DNA of 63,700 nucleotides, counting the filler, from Dugesia japonica (taxonomy: Eukaryota), in the NCBI GenBank assembly GCA_001938525.1. It is 6 parts of 6 records of this genome, joined end to end, with 100 filler letters (N's around TTAATTAATTAA, not from the genome) between each part and the next. Parts side by side here need not be neighbours in the genome. Positions count along the whole stretch, not along the records: positions 32,372 to 44,015 come from MQRL01454171.1; positions 44,116 to 55,317 come from MQRL01604695.1; 4 more parts are not named here. One strand, 5' to 3'. Made by a program: the position numbers and the translations under genes. Under the pieces are notes generated by a model. That model saw nothing but the letters and a program-made list of their open reading frames with translations, did no database searches and was not told where the DNA came from. Of the stretch, positions 40,396-52,884 are shown one piece after another (position 1 is the stretch's first letter; the number at the start of each line of letters is the position of its first letter).

Positions 40396-42849
40396 GTGAG
40401 ATACCGGTAAATTGTAAATAAATTCAGTACAGGACGTATCTACCGTACAGTAAAAGTAACAAAGTAAACAACACTAAACATATTGTAGATACCAATCTCA
40501 ATTAAAAGTTTGTTAATCAGTAAATTTTATAATTTGTAACTTCCAATGTCTTATTATGTACATATTCGATATTAAGCGTTACGTTAATTTTATTAAGAAA
40601 ATGGCAATCCAAAATTCAAGCAGTATGATTCGACAACGAGAAGCAATTAGACAATATTCTAAAAGAAGCAATAACAGTACTAATTACCAAACCCTCCCAC
40701 TCAATGAAATAAAGCCTTATAAGATCAAGGAGAAATTGAGCACAAAGACGCCCAGGGGTAAGATAGAGCAATAGCAGTTGAGAATAGTCGAATTAAAAAC
40801 CCAACCAACGGAAATAGAATCACGAGTCCAATGATGTAATGTGTGCACCCAGAGTGAGAGTGAGTAAGTAAAAAATATGTGTAAAGAAAAATCTTTTGGA
40901 AAAACTTATGCACTGAAAGAAAAGAGACGATACTTAAGCTGTAACAAGAACTAAACCACCTTCGTAAGCGACCAATCAAGCAACTCAAAGAGTTAGAAAC
41001 TGACATTAAGTGGCAGCAGAAGAAAATCAGAATGTTAGAGAAAACTATCGAAAGGAACAAAGAAGCTCGCATTACAAATCAACAAGCGCAACAAGAAAAA
41101 ATGAGTCAAATGCAAAAAGATAATGAGCGACTGATGAGAGAAAACCTAGCATAGAAATTAGAGAAAAAACAGAACACGATAGACATACAATATCTGGAAA
41201 ACGCAGTGAAACATCTTCATGATGAAAATGCAGGTCTCAAAGAAGTCCCAATCCGAGTAGTGATTCTCTCTCAACAAGTCAATATAATGAAGGTAGAAGA
41301 CACCTTCTACACTTATAAAACCAATGGACGACCTGTAGCCCCACAAATTAGTCTACTCGATCAGCGAGCCATCCAGAAGAAGCAAACCCAACAACAGTCC
41401 TCAGTCTAATCGATCCAGTGCATCATATCCTTCGACTTCAACAAATGAGCAATCGCAATGGCCATATTCAGCGTCCAAGAAAGAACTATTTTGGGGCCGA
41501 TGAACTCTTCATTTTGAGCAATTCCTCACTGCGTCTAAACTATGTAAATATCGTTCGAAATTATGTGTGAAAACTATTTATCTTTGTGTCTCTGACAATT
41601 TATATACTCAAATGTTCGCTGACAGTTCTATACTGTTCATTTGGTCGTCTCAGTGTATTTTGCAGGTCTATGGTGCTTATTTTACCGAATTTTTCCCAGT
41701 CGAAGGTCGCCTCCGAATTCCAGTCAGTCCATGAAAAGATCCGCGCTAGTGAAGTTACTAATTTTCTGTTGATTCATGTTTGTGCTTAATGAGTGATTAT
41801 ATCAAAATTTCGACATTTTAATTAGCGATCCACTATTGTGTTTTATTAACTGATATGCACGCAAGTTTTATAATTATGAGATGCTGTTAATGTAAATTTG
41901 ATTGGAATAATATATTTTAAAGTGTTATTTTTCTTCTTATTTCTTATCTGTGTTTATTTTATGACCTATAAGAGTCTTGGTTGAGGGATCTTTTGACCAG
42001 TGTAATGATGCAATGAGTAATGACCGAGCTCCAGTAAATCTAGTTGAGAAATCGGAAGACGAATGAATAAAGTTATCCCAACAATACAAGTGAAATTGCT
42101 GTATGATAATAAAAGAGCACAAAAGGAATTCAATGAAAGAAATTCCGGGGCGGAATTTTTTCAGGGGCCCCAGTATTTTGTTTGACTAGAACATATGTGC
42201 CGGGGATCAAAACTTATAAAAAGAGAGTGAGAGTAAATAAGAAAAGAATGGAAATTGAAAGAAAATATGTTGAGAAATGAACAGTGCTGGACCTAGAATT
42301 TATTATTATTATCTGTATTAATGTTATTATAATTATCATTATATAATTATTATATGAAAAAGAAAAATTGGGCATAGAGGATCCATATTTGAATTGCAAA
42401 AATGTTAATTTATTTGAGATAGATATTATTAAAAAATATGCACTAAAAATAATAATACTATACTATAATATAAGTAAAGAGATCTCTACGACCTTATTTT
42501 ATTAATATAATAAAGAGAAAATTCTCTTTTAATATTATTTTGTTACAATTTTCGTTATTATTTCGGTAATGAACGAAAAATAACAACAATTAGTCCAGGT
42601 ACTGTATGTTTATGGTTTTCCAAAAGAAAATTTAAACAAAATAAGTTTTCTCATCGATTTTCTTTGAAAAAATGCATAAAAATCATTAATTCCCTAATTT
42701 AAATAAAAATCTGAAAAATCAGTAAAATTAAAAAAATCATAAAAATCAATTAATTTAAACAAAAAAAAACAACATTAAAACAAAAAATATTATGTCTGCG
42801 CAGGAAATTTAAATATGAAGTCTACCCGGAAGTTAGTTGTCATAGAAAT

Positions 42850-43166
42850 AACCTTGACTTACTTTCATTTAACCTTGGCCTACATTTACTCGACCTCGAA
42901 ATATTACATCAATCAGAACTGAGTTAACTAAATCAATCTGACCTTGAATTATTTCAGCCAATGAGAATAAAGTATACTAGAACACTGACCTAGAAAAATT
43001 TGACCTTAAGATTTTCCACCAATGAAAACCAAGTATACTAGATCACTGCCCTTAAAAATTCGACCTTGAATTATTTTAGCCAATCAGAATCGAGTATACT
43101 AGATCACTGACCTTGAAAAAATTTTCTTCTCGGCGGGGGGGTTGATCCAGTGCGCTACTATCTACT
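42850..43166. repeat. Candidate Polinton/Maverick terminal repeat
   Basis: Ends CCAGTGCGCTACTATCTACT (reverse complement AGTAGATAGTAG). Three to four ~60-bp subterminal repeats with TGACCTT and CCAAT. Confidence 0.55.
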
Positions 43167-44115
43167 GACCTGTTATGCGGGTTAAAAAAGTTAGAATGTT
43201 ATTTGAGATTAATAACGTATCTGGGAATAAAATGTTGTGTGACATTGATAAAATATTTGAACGGAGAATAGGTTAAGTGAGCTGATTACACGTTGGGAGC
43301 TCGATTATGATCTTTGGGAATTATATAATGAGAAGAGATCTGCTTTAATAGTCCTTAGTGAAATGTTCCTTTCTTGGTTGATGTAGTATGGTGTCTTATA
43401 ATTTAATTTTGTTTATTTTAAACCTGATAATAAACTTATTAAGATCATATGATATTTTAATTAATTTTGTTTAAAGTAAATAATCATTATCATTTTATCA
43501 ATTGGGCGGTTGTCCTCTTGCCCCAAGCTAGTACATTTTAAACTGATAAATCATTTTTCTTCAAAAAATTTTCAAACCAGCAATTATTTCCGATAAAGTT
43601 ATTTATTGGGAGATATGGCAATTTTAATTTCTTTTTCGCATAGCGTATTAAAAGTAACCAGTCATTCGTGGGTATTAAGCGCAGTAGTTACCTTAAGCTC
43701 TTTTTCTAGCTCTAGAAAGAATGCTGTTCTCTCATACCTCATTCGGAATGTTGTTGATTTGTTTCCTACTATACATATCTTATTTTCCTGTTTTCCCAAT
43801 TCCATAACATCTTGCTGGTTCTACCACAATTTCTTGCTGTTTTACTAACATTTTTGTTATTTTATTTTAAAAGTTCAAATGTCTCGAGGTTTTCATTTGT
43901 ACTTAATTACTTTCAATTCATGGGATAAAAGTATAGAAATATAAAATCCACAAAATTAATAAATCTATAAACCTTTAAATGTTTTAAAGTAATTATAGAC
44001 CTACAAAATACAAACNNNNNNNNNNNNNNNNNNNNNNNNNNNNNNNNNNNNNNNNNNNNTTAATTAATTAANNNNNNNNNNNNNNNNNNNNNNNNNNNNN
44101 NNNNNNNNNNNNNNN

Positions 44116-47100
44116 AATATACTATCAGTATTTTTTATTATTAGTGGAAATCCACAATTAAATGATCCATCTTCAGTTTCAATATCATACACATCTTCAA
44201 TACCTTCTCTTAAATATTCAGTTTTTTGTACATTAGTTTTTAGATTTGATTTTATTTGTGTTGCAACATAATCTGAATATTTTATTGTAATAGCTAAATT
44301 AATTCCTAAAGATGTTACTAAATAATACAATTGTGAAAAACATTTTTTATCATTTTCTTTAAAACTAATTGTTTTAGATTTTTTATTTCCATTCATTAAA
44401 TAGTAACCTACAAAGAACCAATATCTNNNNNNNNNNNNNNNNNNNNNNNNNNNNNNNNNNNNNNNNNNNNNNNNNNNNNNNNNNNNNNNNNNNNNNNNNN
44501 NNNNNNNNNNNNNNNNNNNNNNNNNNNNNNNNNNNNTTGATTGAACTATATCATAAAATTCAGAATTATAAACTTGTTCATAATATTTTTTTATTTTCTT
44601 TAATAAATATAAATCATTAATATAAATTGCTTTAGGATATTTTCTAGATATTCCATCTATAAATGCTTTCTTTGATTTTCTACCTCTAGGTTCTTTATCA
44701 CTTAAAATTTGTTCAATATTTATTTCATTATTTTGTTTAAATATTTTATTGTGAAGTAATTTAGTTTTAGTTGTTACATCTATAGGTTTTATATGTTCAC
44801 CTTTATCATTTAACAGTGAATGATCTTGTGTGACATCTACAATTCCCATTGTAGTTATTACTCTATAAATCTTTTTATTTGTTGTGTGTTTAATTACTTT
44901 CTTTAATTTTACCCAATTACTTTTAGTCCAAATTTCATAATCATCTGGAAAAGAATAATATTTATCATCATAATTATAATAATAAGGTTTTGAGATTTCA
45001 GATATCTTTTTAATTATTACTTTAATATTTTTTCTTAAAATTATTGGAGTGTCAGCTGTTACACTATCACTGTAATGTATTTTATAATTATCATTTCCAA
45101 TTAATGGATCCATTTGATTGTATANAAAATCATACATTACTTGTTTAGCATGTTCAAGTATTGTGAATCCAATATATGGAAATTTGTTATATTTTAATTT
45201 ACCTTTTTCCATGTTCATTGCTGCAACTTCTGCTTCATTTGAATCATTTATTATAAAAATTTTACTTGATTTAAAAGTTGTTTTACTAGCAAAATTTAGA
45301 TAATCTTTTTCATTGTCAACTATTTCTATGTTACACCTATTTCTAATATTTTCTAATGTTTTACCATAGAATGCATTTAACATTAGTTTATAAATGTAAT
45401 CACTAAACACATCATTTATTCTTTTTGATTCTTTTCTTAGAGTTATTAATTTGTGAACATGATTTTTAAACCATGTAGAGGTTGGCATTTTAATTTTTCT
45501 ATGTATTGTTATTAGTTTCATGCCAAGTTTTAAATAGAGATCTAATGTTGATCCTAAACATACATAGTTTTTCTTGTNNNNNNNNNNNNNNNNNNNNNNN
45601 NNNNNNNNNNNNNNNNNNNNNNNNNNNNNNNTTAATTGGTAATTGCTTAACATCTCAGGTCTAATATTTATTCTGTCTGGTGCTAATGGGAAATATTTAG
45701 TTTTGTTATGAATTTCTGGTGGATAATCAAGATCAACTTCATAAATATAATTAATGTTATCATTTGAAATTTGATATGTTAAATCTGTCATCTCATATAA
45801 TTCACCTGTAGGTAATGGTCTAGTCATACATGATGCATATGATGAATTTTCATCTAAATATTTTATAAATGTATCTTCTAATAAATTTTCAATATAATCA
45901 TTTGGAATAAATGTATGAGTGCTCATCATTTTTATTAATTCTTCATTCATTTGTTTTGTATATGGGTCTTTATTTTTATTATATGAAAATACTTGACGTT
46001 CACCACATACACCAGAATATCCACCTCTAATACCTTCTTCAATTAATAAGAAAATGTCATGTTTCAGCTTTAGCATATTTCAATTTAATATTAGCATTTA
46101 ACATTCCTGTTTCCAATGCATAACCTGGTGCTGAATAAGAATAACTTGGATCTAATTTTAAAATATTATTTAGACATGAATCTCTAAAGTTTTCTAAGAA
46201 ATCAGTTAGAATTAAAACATCTAACTTCATATTATGTAACATGTAACACCACATATTTTCATAATTGCATATATCATTCATAAATGTTTCATATTCTTCG
46301 TTAGATATTTCTTTTTGGGTTAATGTGTTAAAGAAATCATCTTTTGTTGGAATTTGATTTGATTTTAATAATGTTTCAACTTCTTGAATATTTTCACCTT
46401 TTACATATTCATAAGGAAATAATGCTTTTTTAGGTGATAAATAAAATGAATTTAATATTGGATAATTATTAGATTGAGTTAAAAATTTACCCATTACTTC
46501 TACAGATGTAAATGGAAGTAATCTAGCTGAGTCTAAAAATTTAATATTTTTAAATTCNNNNNNNNNNNNNNNNNNNNNNNNNNNNNNNNNNNNNNNNNNN
46601 NNNNNNNNNNNNNNNNNNNNNNNNNNNNNNNNNNNNNNNNNNNNNNNNNNNNNNNNNNNNNNNNNNNNNNTAAAATGGAATAAATAAATTTTTAATTGAT
46701 AAATCATTTTCATTACAGGTGTTACATGCCCAACCTCTAAATTCACCATTAAAATGGTTATGATCTTTAACTCGATTATCTATTAATCTGTTACAATAAT
46801 AACATTTAGTGTCAAATGTATATTCTGGATGATTTATACCTGAATATGTTTTAAATAGTTTGTTATCTTTTATTTCATTTAATTCATTATTAACTTCTTC
46901 TAAAAATTAAAAGAATTCATCATAAATATTTTCACTTAAGAATTCATAATATTTACTTTTTAATAATTGTGGATAATCAGATTTTCAATAAACACCTAAA
47001 GATAAAGCTTTTTGTTTTTTAGTAATAGAATTTGTATATGTTTCAAAATCACCAAATAATATAAATGGTATTTTATTTTTCTGGTAAAATTTATTAAATG

Positions 47101-48373
47101 AATAATAATCTTTATATTCAAAAGTAATGTTATTGGGTTTATGCCTGATACATGCATCTTGATGTTTTAATAAAACCGCTTCGCTTGAGTAACAATTCAT
47201 ACATCTGATGCATGGATAATTTGTGTTTCTACTTGATGATGTAAAAAATACAGTAATAAAAATACATAAAATAAAGTGATCTTTATATACTAATAAGTTA
47301 CATTTATTTTCTTGATGTGATGGATTTCTTGTATAATGAGAAATGTGTAATGGCTCAAGTTTTTTATTATCATTAACACCAAACACATTAATTTCTAAAT
47401 TGTTTAATTTTTCAAATTTACTTATATCACTAATTTTCATTGGAAATTCAAAATCACTATAATTTAAATCTGATAAATGTGGAATGTAATTGCTAACATG
47501 TGTAGGATTATTATTTAAATATTTATGTGATAAAATTGAATATAAAAAACATTTATTATCTTTATTTTCTATATTGATAACTCCAGGTTTTTTAAATGGT
47601 AATTTAATATATGTCGCACCTGCTAATGATTTATATTTAGAAAGATCTAATGTATAATCTATAATGTGCGACATTGACCATCCACTTCCTTCTCTATCTT
47701 TATCTTCTATATATTTTTCTAATTCATTAAATATTTCATTGGTACCATTTTTTATTTCACTTTTCATTATAATTCTTTTATTTATTGAATAAGATGTAAA
47801 ATCTCTTTCTTTATATTCAATATTTATTTCTTTTATATATCTACATTTTACACCCATACTTACAATTATCTGTTTAGCAAAATTAAAATATTTAGTAATA
47901 ATTTCTTTGACATCACTTTTAAATGCGTTAACATTTCTAATAGGGATGCTATATAATTCTTCTACATTATATTTCATTTCTACTTTTACATCTTTTAAAT
48001 ATTTAATTTCACAATCTTTGTAAATTTTAAAAATATCTCTAATTTCATGTTTTATATTAATTTCTTCTTTTTCTTTTAATTTATCAAGTAACATTTTTTT
48101 ATGTCTATCTGAATTATAATGTTTTCTTGCATGATTTTGTCTTAAAAATCGTTTGTTGCAAATTTCACAGAATAATGCAACATTTTCATGATTACCACAT
48201 TTTGCTGCATTTAAATGTTCTTGTAATGCATTTTCTGAATTGAATTTTTTTCTAAATGTTAAACATTGAAATTCATCATTTACCTTATAACAAATTTTTG
48301 ATCTTACATGACCTTTTAGCCCAGCTAAATTCTTAAACTCTTTATTACAATTATTACATTTAAAAGTACTCAT
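44116..48373 (-). pseudogene. Polinton/adintovirus-type protein-primed family B DNA polymerase (zinc fingers, OTU-like region, exonuclease with EndoVII/HNH insert, polymerase), intein-containing, truncated by the contig end
   Basis: EGSGW, GATYIKLP..VINIENKDNKCFLYSIL, ExoI GDFET, CYYC..KDHNHFNGEFRGWACNTCN, FLDS, FPYEY, GIRGG, motif A YLDENSSY, motif B YKLMLNAFYGK and motif C YSD/TDS. In-frame stops at 46985 and ~46907 and a frameshift at ~46065. Confidence 0.92.
44130..45065 (-). mobile_element. Intein in pPolB motif C (YSD|TDS)
   Basis: In-frame 312-codon insert (110 N inside). Block A SVTADTPII, block B VDVTQDHSLL, block F VYDIETEDGSF, block G PLIIKN followed by +1 Thr. Removing it restores HYSDTDSI. 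Confidence 0.92.
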
Positions 48374-49659
48374 TTTCTATAGGAATAATTTAATCTTATG
48401 AAGTTTTTTTTCCTCTTTAATTTTTATATTATTCCTCTTAAATGTTATCATGTTTGTATTTTCTACAGAATAAATTTGAAACATGTCACTTTGTATATTT
48501 TTGATATGTCACTTTGTGTATTTTACATTTTCCATTNGATATTTTACATTTTACATTTTTACATTAGGTACGGTAATATTACCCTTAGGTTAATTCGTAC
48601 TTATTCTATTACTTAAAAAATAGATGATGATGAAAAATAATTAAAATACATCATATCTGCAACATTACTAATTCTTTAAATTTAATTTTTATTTTTATTT
48701 AACTTTTATTGGGTGATATAAATAATTTTACAATTACAATTATTGCGGGAATAATAGTTGGACTTATTCATTGATCGTATTTGACATTTCATGAAGAGGA
48801 CAATAGTTGAACAAAACCGATTATCTTTAAAACAACAATTTTATTTGATTGAAGTCTTTATTTCAATAATATAAACAATACTTATAGACATAATCATTTA
48901 ATTAATAAATACATGCTACCGTTTAACAACCAGAATTCTTTTATTTTTAAAAGATATTACATAGTTGAATTTACAATTCAGAGTTTATCTTCATCATTAA
49001 GTGTTTGTAATATTAAACTAAGAATAATAATGCATTGTTTTTTCCTATTGATAATGTATGGCTATCTATACAAAAAAGTACAATACAAGAAACAAATAAA
49101 CAGGTCACGATATAATTTAATAATAATAAAATGTGCTACATCTTTTAAATAATGTGTTATTTAAATAAATAACATAAGATGTGAGTTGTCAATTGAAATA
49201 TACGATAATTAGACAGATTGTGTGGGTTTTAAACATATATAAATACATGTTGAAAACAATACAGATAAATGATTTTTATAAAAAATTTTTAAAATTAAAT
49301 TTATGATTGAAAGATAGTTTTCAGCAAAATCATTTGATATATATTCATAGATATTATTAAGTATTCTTAATATAATTACAGTTATTGTGAGAATAATTGT
49401 TGGACTTAACCATTGATCGCATTTGAGATTTCATTAAAATAAAGAAAAAAAATAAAATGTATTTGTAAAGTGTCGAAAATTTGAATTTGTTTACAAATGA
49501 ATTTTTTTTGATTGAAGCTTTTTCTTTATTTTAATGAAAGTATTCTTAAGTTTTTATTTTATCTGATAGATTCTTCGGTTGGTGTTTTATGTTTAGTAAT
49601 CCAGACCATAAATAATAATCAAAAGGGAAATAAAAAATAATAACAAATATATAATAATT

Positions 49660-50146
49660 ATTTGTCCTATCGCAATCAAACACGTAACAATTGTCCCCTT
49701 TGTTTTGCCAATCGCATTTGTCATCATTTTCAGGAACGTATTTTATGCCATTTTATTTGTTCTTTCTCTTTCTTTCCTTTATCCATCAGTAGTTCTACTT
49801 CTTCTCAACATTCTACAATAAGCATCGTTGACATTACCTTTTCTTTAGTGACTTATTTGTTCTTGAAAACCCGTATTCACCAAATCTTTCACTCTTTAAT
49901 GTGTGCTTCGATTTCTTTATTTTAAAAAGTCTATAATTCGAAATATTTTCTAAATTTTTGACAGAATCCAATTCGATTTGTAGCTTAGCTTGGAATCTGT
50001 CTGTTTTATTCTGTAGTTATGCATATATTTCTAATAGATCTTCACCGATCATGTAATTCATTTCTCTTCTTTGCTGAATGCCAATGGATTAAAAATATAT
50101 CTAATAAATTTTATTANACAATCTTTTATCGCTGCCATCATGTTAA
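49660..50146 (-). mobile_element. Ty3/gypsy gag remnant
   Basis: Same LTR-end/PBS junction (taacATGATGGCAGCGAT) as the 27878-32271 element, followed by purine-rich decayed coding sequence. Confidence 0.55.
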
Positions 50147-50987
50147 GGAAAACGTTCGTCGGTACTTGACAACCAATAAATATTTGAACGAATTATATTG
50201 AAATTATTAACTGTCTAAAGAATATATACATATCTGTAAATAATTATTTAAATCAAATATGATAATTTACAAAGAATTTGTAGTTGAATTTACTTATTTG
50301 TTTTGTATATTTTACAACTCAATTTGTTGATTTTCATTCGTATGTAAATTGTTTTCCTTTTTGCGTTATTTTGTAACATAAATACACACACACAAATTAT
50401 TTTAAGTAAACATGACTGATAAACAAACATCATTATTTAACACACTGGGTTTAGGTTGATTAAATAATTCATTTAAATTAATGTAATTTATTAATATTGA
50501 TTTAATAATCATGTGAAAATTTTACAATTTTCAAATAATTATTTCCATTTCGATATTCTTGATTATTGTTTTCTTAAATAAATTATTAACAATTTAAATT
50601 TTAATTAATCTCTCATTTTAAATTAAACAAAATCGTTAAAATTAATTTTCATCGAAATTCGCAGACTGCATTTACTGAATAATTTCTTATGTTTCACTAG
50701 ACAGTTAATAAATACAAATTAATTTCTCGAAATATTTATTTGCTTATCATCAATTACCTCTAATTAATAAATAATTTAAATTATTGGTTCTATTAGTAAA
50801 TTTATTAATTTCATTTAATTATTTATAGATTTATTTTTAAAAATAACTTTTAGTAATTATTTTTCAAATTAGTTGAGTTTTTGCTAAGAAAATGATATTA
50901 ATGTAAAAATAAATAAAATTACTTATTATTATAATTAATAATTAATTATTATTATACAAAATAAATGTAAAAAATATAAAAAAATAA

Positions 50988-51935
50988 AAGTTTTAGCGTT
51001 TCGTTCTTGGTCGTTGTCTTCAACTTTTTCGAAATCCATTAAAAGTATTGAACATTTATTAAAGTTACTGCAAGCAAATGGTTATAGTAAACAATTTAAT
51101 AAATTCATTGACTTAGCGGACAATCGATAAAATCTTTTTTCTAATAATATTGATAAATAAAAAGATTAAAACTGTATTGCATAATTATGAACTTGGTAAC
51201 ACTTTGTAAAACTTTGTTAGGCCATTTATTTTATCGATTCCTTATTCTGAAAGTTTAAAAAAGTTTTTGTATTCGATTCTGAAAGCTGTTAAGGATCTTT
51301 TTTAATTGAAAATAGTTTCTACTTCAAATAAGATTGTTCATAGCTTTATTAATAAATTCCATAAACCACGTGATTTGTGTTCTAGCATTATTTATCAATT
51401 TAAATGTAAAATGCCTGATGTCATATGCATTAAAGAGACTGCCAGTCATCTCTGTACAAGGGCTCAAGAGCACAATCGTTTTATTAATGTTAATAATATT
51501 ATCGAGCATAAATATAAAACAAATTTTAATGCGAATGTTGATATTTCAAATTTAAAAATTATTTGGAGAGATTGTTGTATGAAGCATTAATGATTAGATT
51601 TCATAATTCTAGCATTAATTTACAGACAGCTCATTCGACTAAATTAATTAAAAATTTTTAGATTGAAATTTGAATTTTTTAAAAGTTTCATAGATTTTTT
51701 TGATAGGTTTGTAATTTTTAAATAAAATTTCAAAAAATAAATTTGACAATTATGTTTTTTATAATAGATTTTATATTTCAATACTTTCTATATTTGAAAA
51801 AAATATGAATATTTTTTATAGACATATACCATTTAGTATAATTGGTTAGCTTAAATAGTACAGACTGAATAATCTCAAAATTTTCATTTTGTCTGATGAT
51901 GTCGGTTGATCCTTTGAAATATATTACAATAAAAT
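50988..51935 (+). mobile_element. Penelope-like element 3' remnant (GIY-YIG) with a downstream degenerate hammerhead
   Basis: LLQANGYS, SIPY, SSIIYQFKC..IKETASHLCTRAQEH and YEALMI. CTGATGA..GAAATATATT at 51893-51925, then AATAAA. Confidence 0.75.
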
Positions 51936-52884
51936 TTTATTTTAAATGGCATTATTTTTTTTATTTAAAATTTGCCATCATTTTTTACAAAATTATTATT
52001 ACTATTATTATTAATTATTATTAATTCATTAATTAATTTCTAACAAATATTTCTAAAAAAATTAATACAACACATATTAAATTAAAATCTTTTCATTTGT
52101 TATCTCAAGAAATTTCTAAATGTTAACACGCAAACACATTAACATATTACCAATCAAAATGAATCTTCTTATAAATTTAATTTTCTCCAGAATATTTGAC
52201 AATTATTATATTATTAATTTAATTAAATTAGAAATAGCAAATTTAGAAAAAAACAATCAATTTAAAATTTAAAAAAAATGATGTATAATATTTTCTAGAA
52301 ATAAAAAGACTTCATACAACATTTATTTGCTTTTTCCATCAGAAGCCAATTAATCAAAATTTAGCTTCCAACATCAAATTAATCACAGTGACGAGAATGT
52401 AATAAGAATATTTGCTTTATTCATATTCTGTGACACCACGTCTATTGGAGTTTCAGAATTTGATGTCTAATTTAAAATTTAATAAAATAGCAGAAATCAA
52501 TTCTCATTTACTATAAAACATCAGAAAATAAACGAAAACTAATTGAAATTTATTTTAAAATGTTTTTACCGACAGCTAATTTTTATCATTGCATTAATTT
52601 ATCCTAAATGTATNNNNNNNNNNNNNNNNNNNNNNNNNNNNNNNNNNNNNNNNNNNNNNNNNNNNNNNNNNNNNNNNNNNNNNNNNNNNNNNNNNNNNNN
52701 NNNNNNNNNNNNNNNNNNNNNNNNNNNNNNNNNNNNNNNNNNNNNNNNNNNNNNNNNNNNNNNNNNNNNNNNNNNNNNNNNNNNNNNNNNNNNNNNNNNN
52801 NNNNNNNNNNNNNNNNNNNNNNNNNNNNNNNNNNNNNNNNNNNNNNNNNNNNNNNNNNNNNNNNNNNNNNNNNNNNNNNNNGAT

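Noticed and set aside
44130-45065. Insert as a spliceosomal intron or Hedgehog-type Hint domain
   Set aside because: It is open in frame, has complete intein blocks including the terminal Asn/+1 Thr, and precisely splits the catalytic motif.
46905-46990. Alternative genetic code or stop readthrough in pPolB
   Set aside because: Both TGA and TAA occur, along with a frameshift, while EML uses the standard code. Ordinary decay is simpler.
42850-48373. TIR at 43166 and pPolB as one contiguous Polinton
   Set aside because: Separated by the artificial spacer at 44016-44115.
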